From Candidatus Promineifilaceae bacterium (GTDB taxonomy: Bacteria; Chloroflexota; Anaerolineae; Promineifilales; Promineifilaceae), in contig JBJYWZ010000663.1 of the NCBI GenBank assembly GCA_046259725.1, positions 16,098-80,097 of the forward strand: DNA of 64,000 nt, in the 5' to 3' direction. The notes under the pieces were generated by a model, which saw nothing but the letters and a program-made list of their open reading frames with translations, made no database searches and was not told where the DNA came from. Of the stretch, positions 18,239-28,529 are shown piece by piece. The translations under genes were made by a program, and so were the position numbers. Every line of letters starts with the position of its first letter. Within the stretch, counting starts at the first letter, position 1.

Positions 18239-19939
18239 CTAGCATTTGTTTGCGAAGCGACATTCCTCGGCATAGTTGGAATCAATATGTTTATACTTTA
18301 CCCAATCATCGGAAGTGTTCAGAATTTCATTCAAATTATCTGGATTGGCGACTTCATAATATAGAGTCAATTTCAACAGGCCGTCCTGTATCTGTTCCAC
18401 ACGCAGCTCTGAATAAGGGTCGGGCATTGCTTCTTTATTGTTAATGCCAACGACATACCGGTTTTCTCCGGATTCGTTTGTCTCAACCTTGCAGGCGGCA
18501 GGATGGAAATTAGCCAGGGCGGGATTGCCCAGCGTACAACTGTGGTCCTCCAGAACATCTTTGTAGTGTTCGAGCGCCAGGGTCAGGTGTGGGGCACCTG
18601 GAATGGTTTGGCCTGGTAGATAAGATCCGGGTTGTAGCTCCTCAAAGGGCACGGCCATCAACTGGCTTGGCCCTTCTTCGGGCAGCACCTTAATGCTGAC
18701 CTCGCGATCGGGAGAACTTTCAACGCGAAACTCCGGCGTGCCCATCCAGTTGGATACAAGCATGAAGGCAATAAACAACATGGAAACTGACAACCCGATG
18801 CGGCGATCCGCATAGCGCCGGCTCTTGCCTACCTCGAAATAGGGCATTACGATGAAGGCTACAAGAAGCGCCGGGATGAAGCCGACGATAATCGTCTTGT
18901 CAGCCAGTTTGAGCCAGCCCTGCGACCAGGAGAGGTACCATGGCGCCACCACATGCAGCGGCGTTACGACCGGGTCAGCGTGTGTTTCCAACGGCGCGTC
19001 CCACAGCCAGAGCGAACCGGCGATCAGGAACAGTGACAACAAAGCCGTCCACATCAGTTCGCTGGTCATGAGATCCGGTATGAAGTAACTGCGCTCATCG
19101 CGAGGTACGCGTTTGGCGGTATCTTCTCCGATCTCTTCACGTCCAGGGGGGAGTGACAGGCCATGCAGAACGACCTTGTAGTAATGGACAAAAAAGAATA
19201 TACCGAGCAGCAGGGGCATCAGCAGCACATGCAGCAGGTACCAGCGCAGAAGACCGTTAGCGCCCAGGGATGGGCCACCCTGAGCGATGAGCAAGATGTT
19301 TTGATTCACTACCGGCGGTGCCGGGGCGGCTTCCGCGGCGCTCAGAAATACGGTCAGAGCCCAGTAAGCCAATTGATCCCACGGCAAAAGATAGCCGCTA
19401 AAACTGAGCATGAGCGTGAGCACCAGCAGGATCATGCCTGTCGCCCACGTAAATTGGCGTGGTTTCTTATAACTGCCGGTCACAAACGTTCGCAGCATAT
19501 GCAAAGCGACGACAATGACCATGACTTCTGCGCCCAGGCGGTGCATATTGCGGAACAATTGACCAAGCGGCACATTTGTCAGAATGTTCCACATATTGCC
19601 ATAGGCAATGAGCGGGCTGGGGGTGTAAAAGACCATCAGGATGATGCCCGTGATTGTCTCCCACACGAACATAAAGGTAGACATCCAACCCATGCGGAAG
19701 GTGGGATAGATGTTCGTCACTTCTGTATGGTAGAAGCTGGGGCGAATATGAAGCCAGAAGCTGTCCGCGTGCGGACGCAAGCGGGGATTGGGGCGTCGTG
19801 GTTCGTCTCCGCGCAGCGCCGCTCGAACGTCGCTAACATTCATCCCTGCGGTGATGCGCTCTACAACCTCGTCGCTTTTGGCGATGACCGCTTGCTTAAT
19901 TCCGAGTTCCCTTACCTGGTCAACAAAAGTTGTCATCAA
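18239..19939 (-). CDS. Cytochrome b (fused b6 + subunit IV type) with long C-terminal extension
   Basis: 566 aa. GYLLPWDQLAYWA motif, multiple TM helices with conserved His positions, plus a 166-aa soluble C-terminal tail. Confidence 0.9.
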   Translation of the reverse strand: MMTTFVDQVRELGIKQAVIAKSDEVVERITAGMNVSDVRAALRGDEPRRPNPRLRPHADSFWLHIRPSFYHTEVTNIYPTFRMGWMSTFMFVWETITGIILMVFYTPSPLIAYGNMWNILTNVPLGQLFRNMHRLGAEVMVIVVALHMLRTFVTGSYKKPRQFTWATGMILLVLTLMLSFSGYLLPWDQLAYWALTVFLSAAEAAPAPPVVNQNILLIAQGGPSLGANGLLRWYLLHVLLMPLLLGIFFFVHYYKVVLHGLSLPPGREEIGEDTAKRVPRDERSYFIPDLMTSELMWTALLSLFLIAGSLWLWDAPLETHADPVVTPLHVVAPWYLSWSQGWLKLADKTIIVGFIPALLVAFIVMPYFEVGKSRRYADRRIGLSVSMLFIAFMLVSNWMGTPEFRVESSPDREVSIKVLPEEGPSQLMAVPFEELQPGSYLPGQTIPGAPHLTLALEHYKDVLEDHSCTLGNPALANFHPAACKVETNESGENRYVVGINNKEAMPDPYSELRVEQIQDGLLKLTLYYEVANPDNLNEILNTSDDWVKYKHIDSNYAEECRFANKC

Positions 19940-19973
19940 TTAACTCCTTCTTTCGCGCAAAACAGTCAAGATA

Positions 19974-20621
19974 TTATGGACAGCTATAAGTGAAGTCACT
20001 CAACAATACCTGAGAGGGACCAAGTTTGCGATTACCAGTATCGATGCTGATGAAGGCTGTTTGCGCCGGGAGCTCTAACGGGTTCCAGAAATCGTTGACA
20101 AGCTCAGATGACGCTAAAACCGTAGATTTGTCGTCTGCCAGTGCTTCAACCAGGAAGCGATCCAGGGTTCGCGGAGCAGGGGACTCAATGCGCCGTCCGT
20201 CTAAGCGATATTTTGACCCATGGCAGGGACATTCGTAGCGATCGTTGGCTGGCGTCCAGGCGTAGATACAGCCGAGGTGGGTGCACACTTTGTAAATGGC
20301 GCAAACACCAATGATTGGTTCGGTTTCATCCGGGGCCAGGCAGAACAGCTGATTTGGGGTGTTAGAATCCAGGTTCACCAACCAGAAGCGGCCGTCTGCA
20401 TAGTTGACCGGTTCGTCATTGGCTCCTGGAATAGCATCAAGCGGCAGCACAAACTTGCCACCAAATTCTCCCTCACGAAAACGTGGAATAAGGAACCAGA
20501 TGAGGAGCCCTACTGCCTCGAGCGTCAACAGTGCTATCGAGGCGCCCCAGATATAATATAGAAACTCGCGCCTGGACATACCGCTGCCAGCTTGTTCCAC
20601 GCTTGCTGCTTGACTTGCCAT
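19974..20621 (-). CDS. Rieske [2Fe-2S] subunit
   Basis: 215 aa. Tat-like SRREFL plus anchor helix. Cluster boxes CTHLGC and CPCHGS. Confidence 0.9.
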   Translation of the reverse strand: MASQAASVEQAGSGMSRREFLYYIWGASIALLTLEAVGLLIWFLIPRFREGEFGGKFVLPLDAIPGANDEPVNYADGRFWLVNLDSNTPNQLFCLAPDETEPIIGVCAIYKVCTHLGCIYAWTPANDRYECPCHGSKYRLDGRRIESPAPRTLDRFLVEALADDKSTVLASSELVNDFWNPLELPAQTAFISIDTGNRKLGPSQVLLSDFTYSCP

Positions 20622-20725
20622 TAGGCTGTTCTCCTGTCGCTTTTGATAGTGATTTTTCCTCGTCGCTTACTGAAACATCACCCGATTTGTTGGGCGACAA
20701 TGCGGGGTAAAGCAGACGATTGAAA

Positions 20726-20734
20726 ATTATATCA
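20726..20734 (-). promoter_or_regulatory. Candidate extended -10 promoter for the Rieske/cyt b/cyt c operon
   Basis: The minus strand reads TGATATAAT (TGn + TATAAT) about 100 nt upstream of the Rieske ATG, which carries an AGGAG RBS. No good -35 at canonical spacing. Confidence 0.35.
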
Positions 20735-20796
20735 CAAAGTATTTTTCACAAAACACGGCATGATGATCACAACTTTTTGTAACCGCATGAGCAAAT

Positions 20797-20870
<74 letters not shown>

Positions 20871-20926
20871 TGGAGATGCTGAATTATAGCGGGCGAACGT
20901 TATTTTGCCAGTGAAAAGCGGCGAAA

Positions 20927-21694
20927 TCAACTACGTAAATATGATGCGCCGTTTACGTCGATTATCGCTCCGGTCATGAATGCCGCCCCGGGGGACGCCA
21001 AAAAAAGAACGGCATAGGCAACTTCTTCAGGCGTTGCCACACGGCCGAGTGGGCTTTGGCTGCGAATGGCGTCCCCCTCAGGTCCCGAAAGTATGGATTC
21101 AGCCATATCGGTTTCTACAAAACCGGGCGCGACAACGCCGACGAAGATATTAAATGGCGCCAGGTACTTTGCCAGCGACTGGCTCATGGCATTCAACCCG
21201 GCCTTACTTGCGCCATATGCAGGGGCTGTCGGTTCTCCACGAAAGGCGCCGCGGGAAGAGACATTGACGATGCGACCACCTCCCTGCGCTATCATATAGC
21301 GTGCGGCGCAGTAGGAGATGTTTGCCGGGCCGATCAAATTGGTCGCCAGCGTCTGCTGCCAGCTGTCTTGCCACTCCTCGTAAGCGACGGCAGCCAGGGG
21401 ATGCTCCTCGTAAATACCGGCGTTATTGACAACAATGTCAAGGGCGCCCATTTCATCGGTTACGGCCGAAATCATCTCTTCCACGCCTTTCGGATCAGCG
21501 CTTTCTGCCTGCACAATCATGTGCGGGCCACCGGGCAGCGATGCCATTGTTTCTTGAGCGGCTCCCAGATTGTTGTTGTAGTGCACGGCCACGCGTGCGC
21601 CATGCCCGGCAAATTGTCTCGCGATCGCGCGACCTATGCCGCGCGATGCTCCCGTCACAAGAACAATCTTTCCTGCAAAATTCATGTTCTCCAT
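20927..21694 (-). CDS. SDR-family oxidoreductase (3-oxoacyl-ACP-reductase-like)
   Basis: 255 aa. TGASRGIG cofactor motif, NNAG and the YGASKAG catalytic motif. Confidence 0.9.
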   Translation of the reverse strand: MENMNFAGKIVLVTGASRGIGRAIARQFAGHGARVAVHYNNNLGAAQETMASLPGGPHMIVQAESADPKGVEEMISAVTDEMGALDIVVNNAGIYEEHPLAAVAYEEWQDSWQQTLATNLIGPANISYCAARYMIAQGGGRIVNVSSRGAFRGEPTAPAYGASKAGLNAMSQSLAKYLAPFNIFVGVVAPGFVETDMAESILSGPEGDAIRSQSPLGRVATPEEVAYAVLFLASPGAAFMTGAIIDVNGASYLRS

Positions 21695-21862
21695 ATATTT
21701 TTCCTGTTTTGCTTCAATCGAGGAATTTGAGTGCTTATAGTCTAGCTCAGCTGATTACGCCAGCCAATTTTGTGCCTATGTTGGCTCGAGGTCACTGTGG
21801 CTTCGACAGTATCGGAACCTATACCGCTGATCAATCTATTTATTCTCGTTTCAAGGATTTTG

Positions 21863-23701
21863 TTAAGACTTAATTCTGGTGAACCTGCTGTTCAGGTAGG
21901 CGAGGTTGATGTCCTGTACTGCCACTGTCAGGGTGCTGTCTACCTCCTGATCTCCAGGGAGATATAGATCGGTTTCAATGTCCAGGTCGGGTAATACAGT
22001 TACACAGCGACGTCCATGCGTTTCAACGATGACGCCTTCGCCCTGCCATTCCGGGTGATCGAGAAGATAGACAAGCGTCCAATGTTGTCTCGACAATCTC
22101 TCTGTACGGCGCAGGTCGGGCTGAATCGCGGAAGTGGCGCCTATTCTTTCTACAATTTCCTGTTCACTTAACAGCGAACCGCCTTGCAGTTGTGCTCGAA
22201 GCTGCTGGTGAACCACAAGGTCCATGTAGCGCCGCAGCGGGCTCGTAACCTGGGCATATTGGGCCATACCCAGGCCGCTGTGAGGACCGGGAGTCAGTGA
22301 CTGCCTGCCGGGTTTCAGCAGTTTGCGCGTGGCAAACATTGCCGACATCGTATCACCTTCCGGTAGCGGCGCAGCCGGTTGATCCTGAGTCGTGTAAGGA
22401 ATGGGGATTTCATTTTCCTGGGCGAATATGGCCACGGCTTCACCCGCCATAAGCATTGCTTCGCGCACGATGCTGCGGCTTCTTAAAGGCAAAACGGGCC
22501 TGATGGCGACCTGTCCGTCGTCACGCTTGACGCGTACTTCAGGCAGGTTTATTTCGATGGCGCCACTTTCTATGCGCCGCTTTTCATAGCGTGCGGTAGC
22601 TTCCAGCAGGCTGGCAAGCATGGGCTCAGCGAGACGGTTTTCTGCTTCTTGGTAGGTCATTCGCGTGACTTTGACTCTTGACGGCACAATCTCAATGTTT
22701 TCGATTCGGCCGTCGTCCGCGAGATCGATGCCAATGGATAGGGCGGGCGATTCTTCCTCCAGGCCCAATCCAAGCCGCATGGTCACCTCTGCCGGCAGCA
22801 TGGAGACGGTTTCTTCGGGCAGGTAAAGGTTCGCGGCGCGTTCTCTGGCGGCGATATCTAAGGCCCCGCCGGGCGCGACCAGAGCGGCGACATCAGCGAC
22901 GTGTACCCAAATGCGGCCGTCATCCCAACTAAGGGCGTCGTCCGGATCCATATTCCCTTCATCGTCAATGGCCAGCGCCGGCAGGTGTGTCAGATCGCGT
23001 CGTGGTTCGTCAGGTAACGGCGGGATGGCTCCCGCCGCGGAAGTTGTGTTGACTCCGGCGCGCGCCGGATATGGGTTCACGGCCGTGTCCCAATAACCGA
23101 CCTGAAGCAGCAAATCATGTGCGTTTTCGGGTGTCTGTTCACGGCCCAGAGCGCCCAGAACACGACTCTCAGACTGTTCACCAAGCGCCAACGCCTCGAC
23201 ATCACGCAGATAACGGCCGTCAGAGTTATTTGTCTGACCGCTGGCGACACGCTGCACGAATTCGTCCCACAGCCGCTGTTCTATTTCTCGCGCCTCTCGT
23301 TTTTCTATTTCTTGCCGCACATATTCGGCCGAATTCACCGTGATCTTATCTGGCGAACCGCTGAAGTAGATGCCGTCGTCGACCATTTTCCAGACAGCCC
23401 ACGCCGATTCCGGTGTGAACTCGTGATACGCCAACTCTACGAGCTCTCGCAAGTTGGTCTCGCTTCCGGCCAACAGTTCCCAGGCCACCATAATGTCGCC
23501 GGAATTTGCGACGTCCGAATTCAACTGTGAGAGTGAATTGATTGGGCCGGGATGGAGCAGAGTAACGTCCTTAGGCCTCACACGCAGTTGGTGCCCATCG
23601 GGCAGTTCAATAACAATGCGCTTGAGACCGGTCTCAAGCAGGCGGGCAGCATCTTGCTTGTATAAAACAAGGTTGTTTCTTTCCAGCAGTGGATCAGTCA
23701 T
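21863..23701 (-). CDS. Ribonuclease II/R family exoribonuclease (RNB domain)
   Basis: RNB motifs including NMDPDDALS and SPLRRYMDLVVHQQL. Start moved to the ATG at 23701 (MTDPLLERNN...), because the 23803 extension overlaps the upstream gene. Confidence 0.85.
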   Translation of the reverse strand: MTDPLLERNNLVLYKQDAARLLETGLKRIVIELPDGHQLRVRPKDVTLLHPGPINSLSQLNSDVANSGDIMVAWELLAGSETNLRELVELAYHEFTPESAWAVWKMVDDGIYFSGSPDKITVNSAEYVRQEIEKREAREIEQRLWDEFVQRVASGQTNNSDGRYLRDVEALALGEQSESRVLGALGREQTPENAHDLLLQVGYWDTAVNPYPARAGVNTTSAAGAIPPLPDEPRRDLTHLPALAIDDEGNMDPDDALSWDDGRIWVHVADVAALVAPGGALDIAARERAANLYLPEETVSMLPAEVTMRLGLGLEEESPALSIGIDLADDGRIENIEIVPSRVKVTRMTYQEAENRLAEPMLASLLEATARYEKRRIESGAIEINLPEVRVKRDDGQVAIRPVLPLRSRSIVREAMLMAGEAVAIFAQENEIPIPYTTQDQPAAPLPEGDTMSAMFATRKLLKPGRQSLTPGPHSGLGMAQYAQVTSPLRRYMDLVVHQQLRAQLQGGSLLSEQEIVERIGATSAIQPDLRRTERLSRQHWTLVYLLDHPEWQGEGVIVETHGRRCVTVLPDLDIETDLYLPGDQEVDSTLTVAVQDINLAYLNSRFTRIKS

Positions 23702-23777
23702 ATGGTGAATTGTAGATAGCCTGGGCCCGTGACGCCAAGAAAAAAGCTCCGAATGTTGTGCGTTCGGAGCTTCGAAT

Positions 23778-24899
23778 CTAAATCCTGGGGGTTCCTGGCA
23801 CAATCGGTGGTGTCTGCGCCTGCCGGAACAATTCGGCGATATGTTGGTATGTGATGATGCCGAGATAACGGCCCGAGCTTGCGGCTACGGGCAGACTTTG
23901 CCTGCCCTCTTCCACCAGCCGCTGTTGTACTTCAAAGAGGCCGGTTTCCGGAGTCACCGGGCGAATCTGCCTGTCCATCACATTGGCAACCGGGATGTAG
24001 GATGGGTTGGACTGCAGGGCATCACCCAGTCTGTCACGTGTCACGTAGCCGGTCAACCATTCGCCGTCCACAACCGGGAAATCCGGCTGACGGGAATATG
24101 CGGTCAAATTGCGCGCCTGTTCCAGGCTGTAGGAAGGGTGGAGGCGGTAGGCTGTAGTGGAATAGGCCTGCTGAACCGTATATCCATCTAATGTATGCTT
24201 GTAGCGCGTGAATCTGGCTTCCTGGCCGGCGGCGGTGAAGATGAAGAAAGCAATGAAAATCATAAAAATGCCGCCATTGAGCAGGCCATAGATGCCGAAG
24301 AGAACTGCCACAACTCGGCCGACTGTAGCGGCGATATTGGTTGCCCTGGCATAATCAAGTCGTATCGCAAGCAGCGCCCTCAATATGCGCCCGCCGTCCA
24401 TCGGGAAGGCCGGTATCAAATTGAAAGCTGCCAGGAAGAGGTTAGATACGAAAACGTAGGAGATCAGCGCAGCGAATGTCGCATTGTCAGAAAAGCTGAA
24501 CGTCGTGGCCAATGAAAACGGGCTAAGACCATATATAAGGCTAAAAATGGTCATGAAGAAGGCGATGAGAATGTTTACCGCCGGTCCGGCAATGGCAATC
24601 ACCATTTCCTGCACTGGCTTGTCGGGCATTCGCTTCAACTGAGCTACGCCGCCGATAGGTGAGAGGATAATCTGTTCGACCGGCACGCCATACCTGCGTG
24701 CCGCGAAACTGTGCCCCAGTTCATGCAGCGTTACGAGGACGAAGAGCAAGGTTACAGCGACAACGCCAAACAATGCGCCGCTCACACTGCCGTATACAGT
24801 GCCAAACTGGTAGGCAGCATAAATCAATATCAGCGGAAAAGTAATGTGTACGCGGATATCGATGCCTTTTATTGTCAGTAGTCGTAGTGATCTATTCAT
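23778..24899 (-). CDS. Site-2 (M50) intramembrane metalloprotease with C-terminal CBS pair
   Basis: 373 aa. HELGH and NLIPAFPMDGGR motifs in TM helices, with a CBS-like C-terminal half. Confidence 0.85.
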   Translation of the reverse strand: MNRSLRLLTIKGIDIRVHITFPLILIYAAYQFGTVYGSVSGALFGVVAVTLLFVLVTLHELGHSFAARRYGVPVEQIILSPIGGVAQLKRMPDKPVQEMVIAIAGPAVNILIAFFMTIFSLIYGLSPFSLATTFSFSDNATFAALISYVFVSNLFLAAFNLIPAFPMDGGRILRALLAIRLDYARATNIAATVGRVVAVLFGIYGLLNGGIFMIFIAFFIFTAAGQEARFTRYKHTLDGYTVQQAYSTTAYRLHPSYSLEQARNLTAYSRQPDFPVVDGEWLTGYVTRDRLGDALQSNPSYIPVANVMDRQIRPVTPETGLFEVQQRLVEEGRQSLPVAASSGRYLGIITYQHIAELFRQAQTPPIVPGTPRI

Positions 24900-25105
24900 A
24901 TGTTAGTTAATAGTTATATCCTGAAATGATGGGTGATGCAGATGCCCTCATAGTTGATAAGACTTTGTTGTTTGGCCGGGCCACAATAACAATGAGGTGA
25001 CTACCCCTAATCCTACAAGTGTATACGGCAATAGTTGGAATTAAGTTAGCAAAAATGCGGTTGATGTTAACAAGGGATAAGAACGCGCGGGCAAAATGGG
25101 GTGGA

Positions 25106-25762
25106 TCACACCATCCTTCCGCCTTGAAGCGATTTCGCTATGTGGACGAGAGCCTGGCCGTCTATCAACGTCATCGGTTTATTCCTGGCCCAATTACGGG
25201 CTGCCGGTGTGATATCAGCGGTAGTAACCAAAAAGGCGTGATGAACACCTTCGTGAATCATGGTACCAAATAGTTCACGCACGATGTCAGGACCGACCGC
25301 ATTGCGGTAACGCTTGCACTGCACTATCGCGCGACGTTTACTTGTCGACTCCAATTCAAGGTCGACGCCATGATCGCCGCTGCGTCCTCTGATGGTGACC
25401 TTATAGCCTTTTTTACGGAACAAGTCCGCTACATACCGTTCAAAGGATCGCGGGCTCAAGGCATAGAGATCCTCGGCCGTTATGGAGCCGGCTGCCAGTT
25501 TTTTCCGCCGCCTGCGCCACAGGTAAAACGAGATGACAAGAAGCACGGTCAATATCGCCGCTGATTCCAGGAGGTTCAACGATTCGGAGAGTACCTGGGG
25601 CAGGCTTGACAACCAGGCCGGGTGGAAAATGTGGCGGATGACTAACCAGGCGATGAATACAACCGCAGCCAGCGCCGGCAATACAAGGTTCAGGCGCGGT
25701 TCGCGGTCTGACGAAAGGGCACTTTTCGGTTGGCGCAGCCGCCATTCAAAACGGGCTGTCAT
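25106..25762 (-). CDS. Membrane-anchored Mrr-like (PD-(D/E)xK) restriction endonuclease domain protein
   Basis: 218 aa. Two N-terminal hydrophobic helices, then an Mrr_cat-type core (FERYVADLFRKKGY ... GDHGVDLELES ... AIVQCKRY). Confidence 0.75.
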   Translation of the reverse strand: MTARFEWRLRQPKSALSSDREPRLNLVLPALAAVVFIAWLVIRHIFHPAWLSSLPQVLSESLNLLESAAILTVLLVISFYLWRRRRKKLAAGSITAEDLYALSPRSFERYVADLFRKKGYKVTIRGRSGDHGVDLELESTSKRRAIVQCKRYRNAVGPDIVRELFGTMIHEGVHHAFLVTTADITPAARNWARNKPMTLIDGQALVHIAKSLQGGRMV

Positions 25763-25909
25763 AAATGCTCACTAAACTTCTGCCTGGTGGATAAACTGCC
25801 TGTTGGCCAGAGTAATGATTCTGTTTCATCGGCCACCGGACTATTCTAGCGTATATTATGTTTAGTAACCAGTTGTGATGCAGCGTGGCGGCGATATTAC
25901 GCTGCTAGT

Positions 25910-26908
25910 TTACTTGACCTGCAGGACGGCCGCGCCGCGAATTTCACTTTTCTTTAATCGCCGCAAAACTTGATTGGCTTCTTCCAGCGGAAACATTTCG
26001 GTAGCCGTGTGAATGGGGATGCTTGCCGCCAGGGCCAGGAACTCCAGAGCATCTTGCCGCGTAAAATTCGTGACACTGCGCAGTATTCGTTCGTCATATA
26101 TCTTTCTATAATCAAACTGTGGGATAGGGCTCATATGGATGGCGTTAATAGCCAGGGTGCCCCCTGGTCGCAGGTGTTCGAGGGCGAGGGGCACGATCCA
26201 GCCAGCGGGGGCAAAGGTGATCCCTGCGTCCAGCAAGGAAGGTGGCGACTCCTGTGCCTGCCCGGTCCAGCGGGCTCCTAGTTCTTCAGCATGGCGCTGA
26301 TGTTCTTCACTTCGTGTAAAGACGTATACCTCGCAGTTCCAGAAGTGGGCTACTTGAATAGCCAGATGTGCACTGGCGCCAAAACCGTAAAGGCCAAGCT
26401 TTCTTCCAGGTTGTATGCCGCTCAGGCGCAGCGATCGGTAACCGATGATGCCCGCGCAGAGGAGCGGGCTTGCTTCCTCGTCAGATAGGAAGTTGGGAAG
26501 TTCAAAGGCGAAATTTTCGTCGACGATGACATAGTCGCCATAGCCACCATCGACGTTCAATCCCGTGAACTTTGCCTTGCGACAGAGATTTTCCTGGCCA
26601 TTGAGGCAGTAATAGCATGAACCGCAGGTCTGGTTTAACCAGGCGACGCCAACTCGCTGGCCTGGCGAAAAGCGCTGCACTGCTTCACCGACCATGTCGA
26701 CCACACCGACGATCTGGTGACCCGGCGTCAGAGGCAAAGTAGGCAGATCAAGTTCACCTTCTACGGTGTGAAGATCTGTATGGCATACGCCGCAGACAGA
26801 GACAGAAATCCGAATTTGATCAGGGCCCGGTTCCGGTTTCGGCACCTCCTGCATTCGCAAGGGATGCTTCGATATCTCGGCCGGTTCAATAAGACGCATT
26901 GCTTTCAT
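25910..26908 (-). CDS. Zinc-dependent alcohol dehydrogenase
   Basis: 332 aa. GVCHTDLH catalytic-Zn motif, structural-Zn Cys cluster CGSCYYCLNGQENLC, and GLYGFGASAHL NAD fold. Confidence 0.9.
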   Translation of the reverse strand: MKAMRLIEPAEISKHPLRMQEVPKPEPGPDQIRISVSVCGVCHTDLHTVEGELDLPTLPLTPGHQIVGVVDMVGEAVQRFSPGQRVGVAWLNQTCGSCYYCLNGQENLCRKAKFTGLNVDGGYGDYVIVDENFAFELPNFLSDEEASPLLCAGIIGYRSLRLSGIQPGRKLGLYGFGASAHLAIQVAHFWNCEVYVFTRSEEHQRHAEELGARWTGQAQESPPSLLDAGITFAPAGWIVPLALEHLRPGGTLAINAIHMSPIPQFDYRKIYDERILRSVTNFTRQDALEFLALAASIPIHTATEMFPLEEANQVLRRLKKSEIRGAAVLQVK

Positions 26909-26959
26909 TTATTTATTCCTTGGAGCATCAAATGCCATCGTTCGTTTGGTACAGGCAGT

Positions 26960-27865
26960 CTAAATGGCTGATTCAAAGTCGAGATCGAGCGACATTTGTC
27001 TGCCCGCATAGAGTGATGGCTTATCTGCCCTGATACAGACGGCAACCCCTTGTAGCGTCTGGCTACGCCGAATTTCAAACCCGGCGTCGGTTAATAATCG
27101 ACTCCAATATTCCGGCGGGTGCAGGTTTAGCACGGCCGAACCTGGACGCAGTCGATTTGGCCACGTGTTGGCCGGCTCCGCCATCAGCAAACGGCCGTTT
27201 GGTTCCAATATTCTATCGATCTCTTTAAGCAGCGCCTGCTGATCGCCATACTGCGCTAATTCTGAAAGCGTTTGAAACAGGAAAACGGCATCTACACTGC
27301 TGTCTGGCAGAGGCAAGAGTTCCAGATTGGAGTCATACCAGTCGAGACGTGGATCCTTTATCGTTGATTGGGCATTGCGCCGCACTCGGGCTAAATATTT
27401 CGAGGGCATCAACTGTGGATTGTAAATATCGATGACATGCATATGCCCGCTGGTCAGATGATGGCTTATCGCAATCGCCGGCCAGCGAAGTCCCACGTCA
27501 ACACAGGCCAAGGCGTCTGATGAACGGGTCTGGCTCAGTCTGTAAAGGTACTCGACGGTCTGATCTCCGGCGACTTTGCTGCTGCGATTCAGCGCCCACA
27601 GGGAGGTTGTAACGAGGATGACGAATAGAACGCTGAGGATGATGCCCGCTATGGTCAGGCTTATTGATTGACGTACCTGTCCAAAAGCAAGTAAGACCAG
27701 CGATAAAATTAATCCCGTGAAACGCCATAAGTAGCCTTGCCAATTCAAGTTGAAGTGACTCTGAACTCCAGAGAGGGACGGGGACGCGCTCATTTGCTTT
27801 AAGTATAACATAGCTTCGTAAGTGCAATGGTCGGATTGGGTGTGGTAAACTGAGTTGGATATCAT
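26960..27865 (-). CDS. Class I SAM-dependent methyltransferase with N-terminal membrane anchor
   Basis: Two hydrophobic helices, then a Methyltransf_11-like C-terminal half (VDAVFLFQTLSEL ... LEPNGRLLMAEP). The real start is probably an internal ATG (27811 or 27793). Confidence 0.65.
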   Translation of the reverse strand: MISNSVYHTQSDHCTYEAMLYLKQMSASPSLSGVQSHFNLNWQGYLWRFTGLILSLVLLAFGQVRQSISLTIAGIILSVLFVILVTTSLWALNRSSKVAGDQTVEYLYRLSQTRSSDALACVDVGLRWPAIAISHHLTSGHMHVIDIYNPQLMPSKYLARVRRNAQSTIKDPRLDWYDSNLELLPLPDSSVDAVFLFQTLSELAQYGDQQALLKEIDRILEPNGRLLMAEPANTWPNRLRPGSAVLNLHPPEYWSRLLTDAGFEIRRSQTLQGVAVCIRADKPSLYAGRQMSLDLDFESAI

Positions 27866-28517
27866 GTCTGAGAAGATGGAAGATAAAACCAGACAACAGT
27901 CATTTGCCGAACGATATGCGACAGGACAAATACCCTGGGCTGACAGGCTGCCCCCGCCGGAATTGATGGCGCTGGCAAACGAACTGGCGCCGGGAAGAGC
28001 GCTCGATCTGGGAAGTGGTTATGGGCGTACAAGCATTTTTCTTGCACAGCATGGCTGGCAGGTTGATGCGGTTGAATTTGTTCCCCAGGCCGTGGAAGAA
28101 GCCCGTCATAGGGCTGTAGAGGCAGGTGTGGGACAAAAGACCAATTTTCACAACGGGGATGTTACCGACCTGAGCTTTCTGCAGGGATACTTCGATCTGG
28201 CCGTTGATATCGGCTGCATGCACTCACTAAAGATGCCGGACCTGGTTCGCTATCATGCAGAATTGAAGCGTCTTCTCAGGATGGGAGCCACATATCTGCT
28301 TTTCGCCCATTTGTTCGTTCCCGAACAAGAGCATAGAGATCCTGCTCCCAGCGATGATGTATCCAGTATGGAAGATGCCGCACGCTGGATTACGGAGCCT
28401 GATCTGCGGGCATTGTTTGCAGATGGGTTTTGGTTGTCACAAGTCGATCACGGCATTACTAAAGTGCCGGACAGCCCCTCCTGGCCATCCGCGTGGTTCT
28501 ATTTTCAGCGCCGCTAG
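27855..28517 (+). CDS. Class I SAM-dependent methyltransferase (TPMT/TehB-like)
   Basis: 220 aa. GRALDLGSGYGRTSIFLAQHGWQVDAVE SAM-binding motif. Start ambiguous (ATGs at 27855, 27864, 27876). Confidence 0.75.
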   Translation: MDIMSEKMEDKTRQQSFAERYATGQIPWADRLPPPELMALANELAPGRALDLGSGYGRTSIFLAQHGWQVDAVEFVPQAVEEARHRAVEAGVGQKTNFHNGDVTDLSFLQGYFDLAVDIGCMHSLKMPDLVRYHAELKRLLRMGATYLLFAHLFVPEQEHRDPAPSDDVSSMEDAARWITEPDLRALFADGFWLSQVDHGITKVPDSPSWPSAWFYFQRR

Positions 28518-28529
28518 ACGAAATCTGCC

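Noticed and set aside
19163-19993. 276-aa plus-strand ORF
   Set aside because: It lies entirely antisense to cytochrome b, which has unmistakable motifs. The translation is His/Gln/Arg-rich and non-protein-like.
21056-21730. 224-aa plus-strand ORF
   Set aside because: It is antisense to the SDR gene 20927..21694, which has canonical TGxxxGIG and YxxxK motifs.
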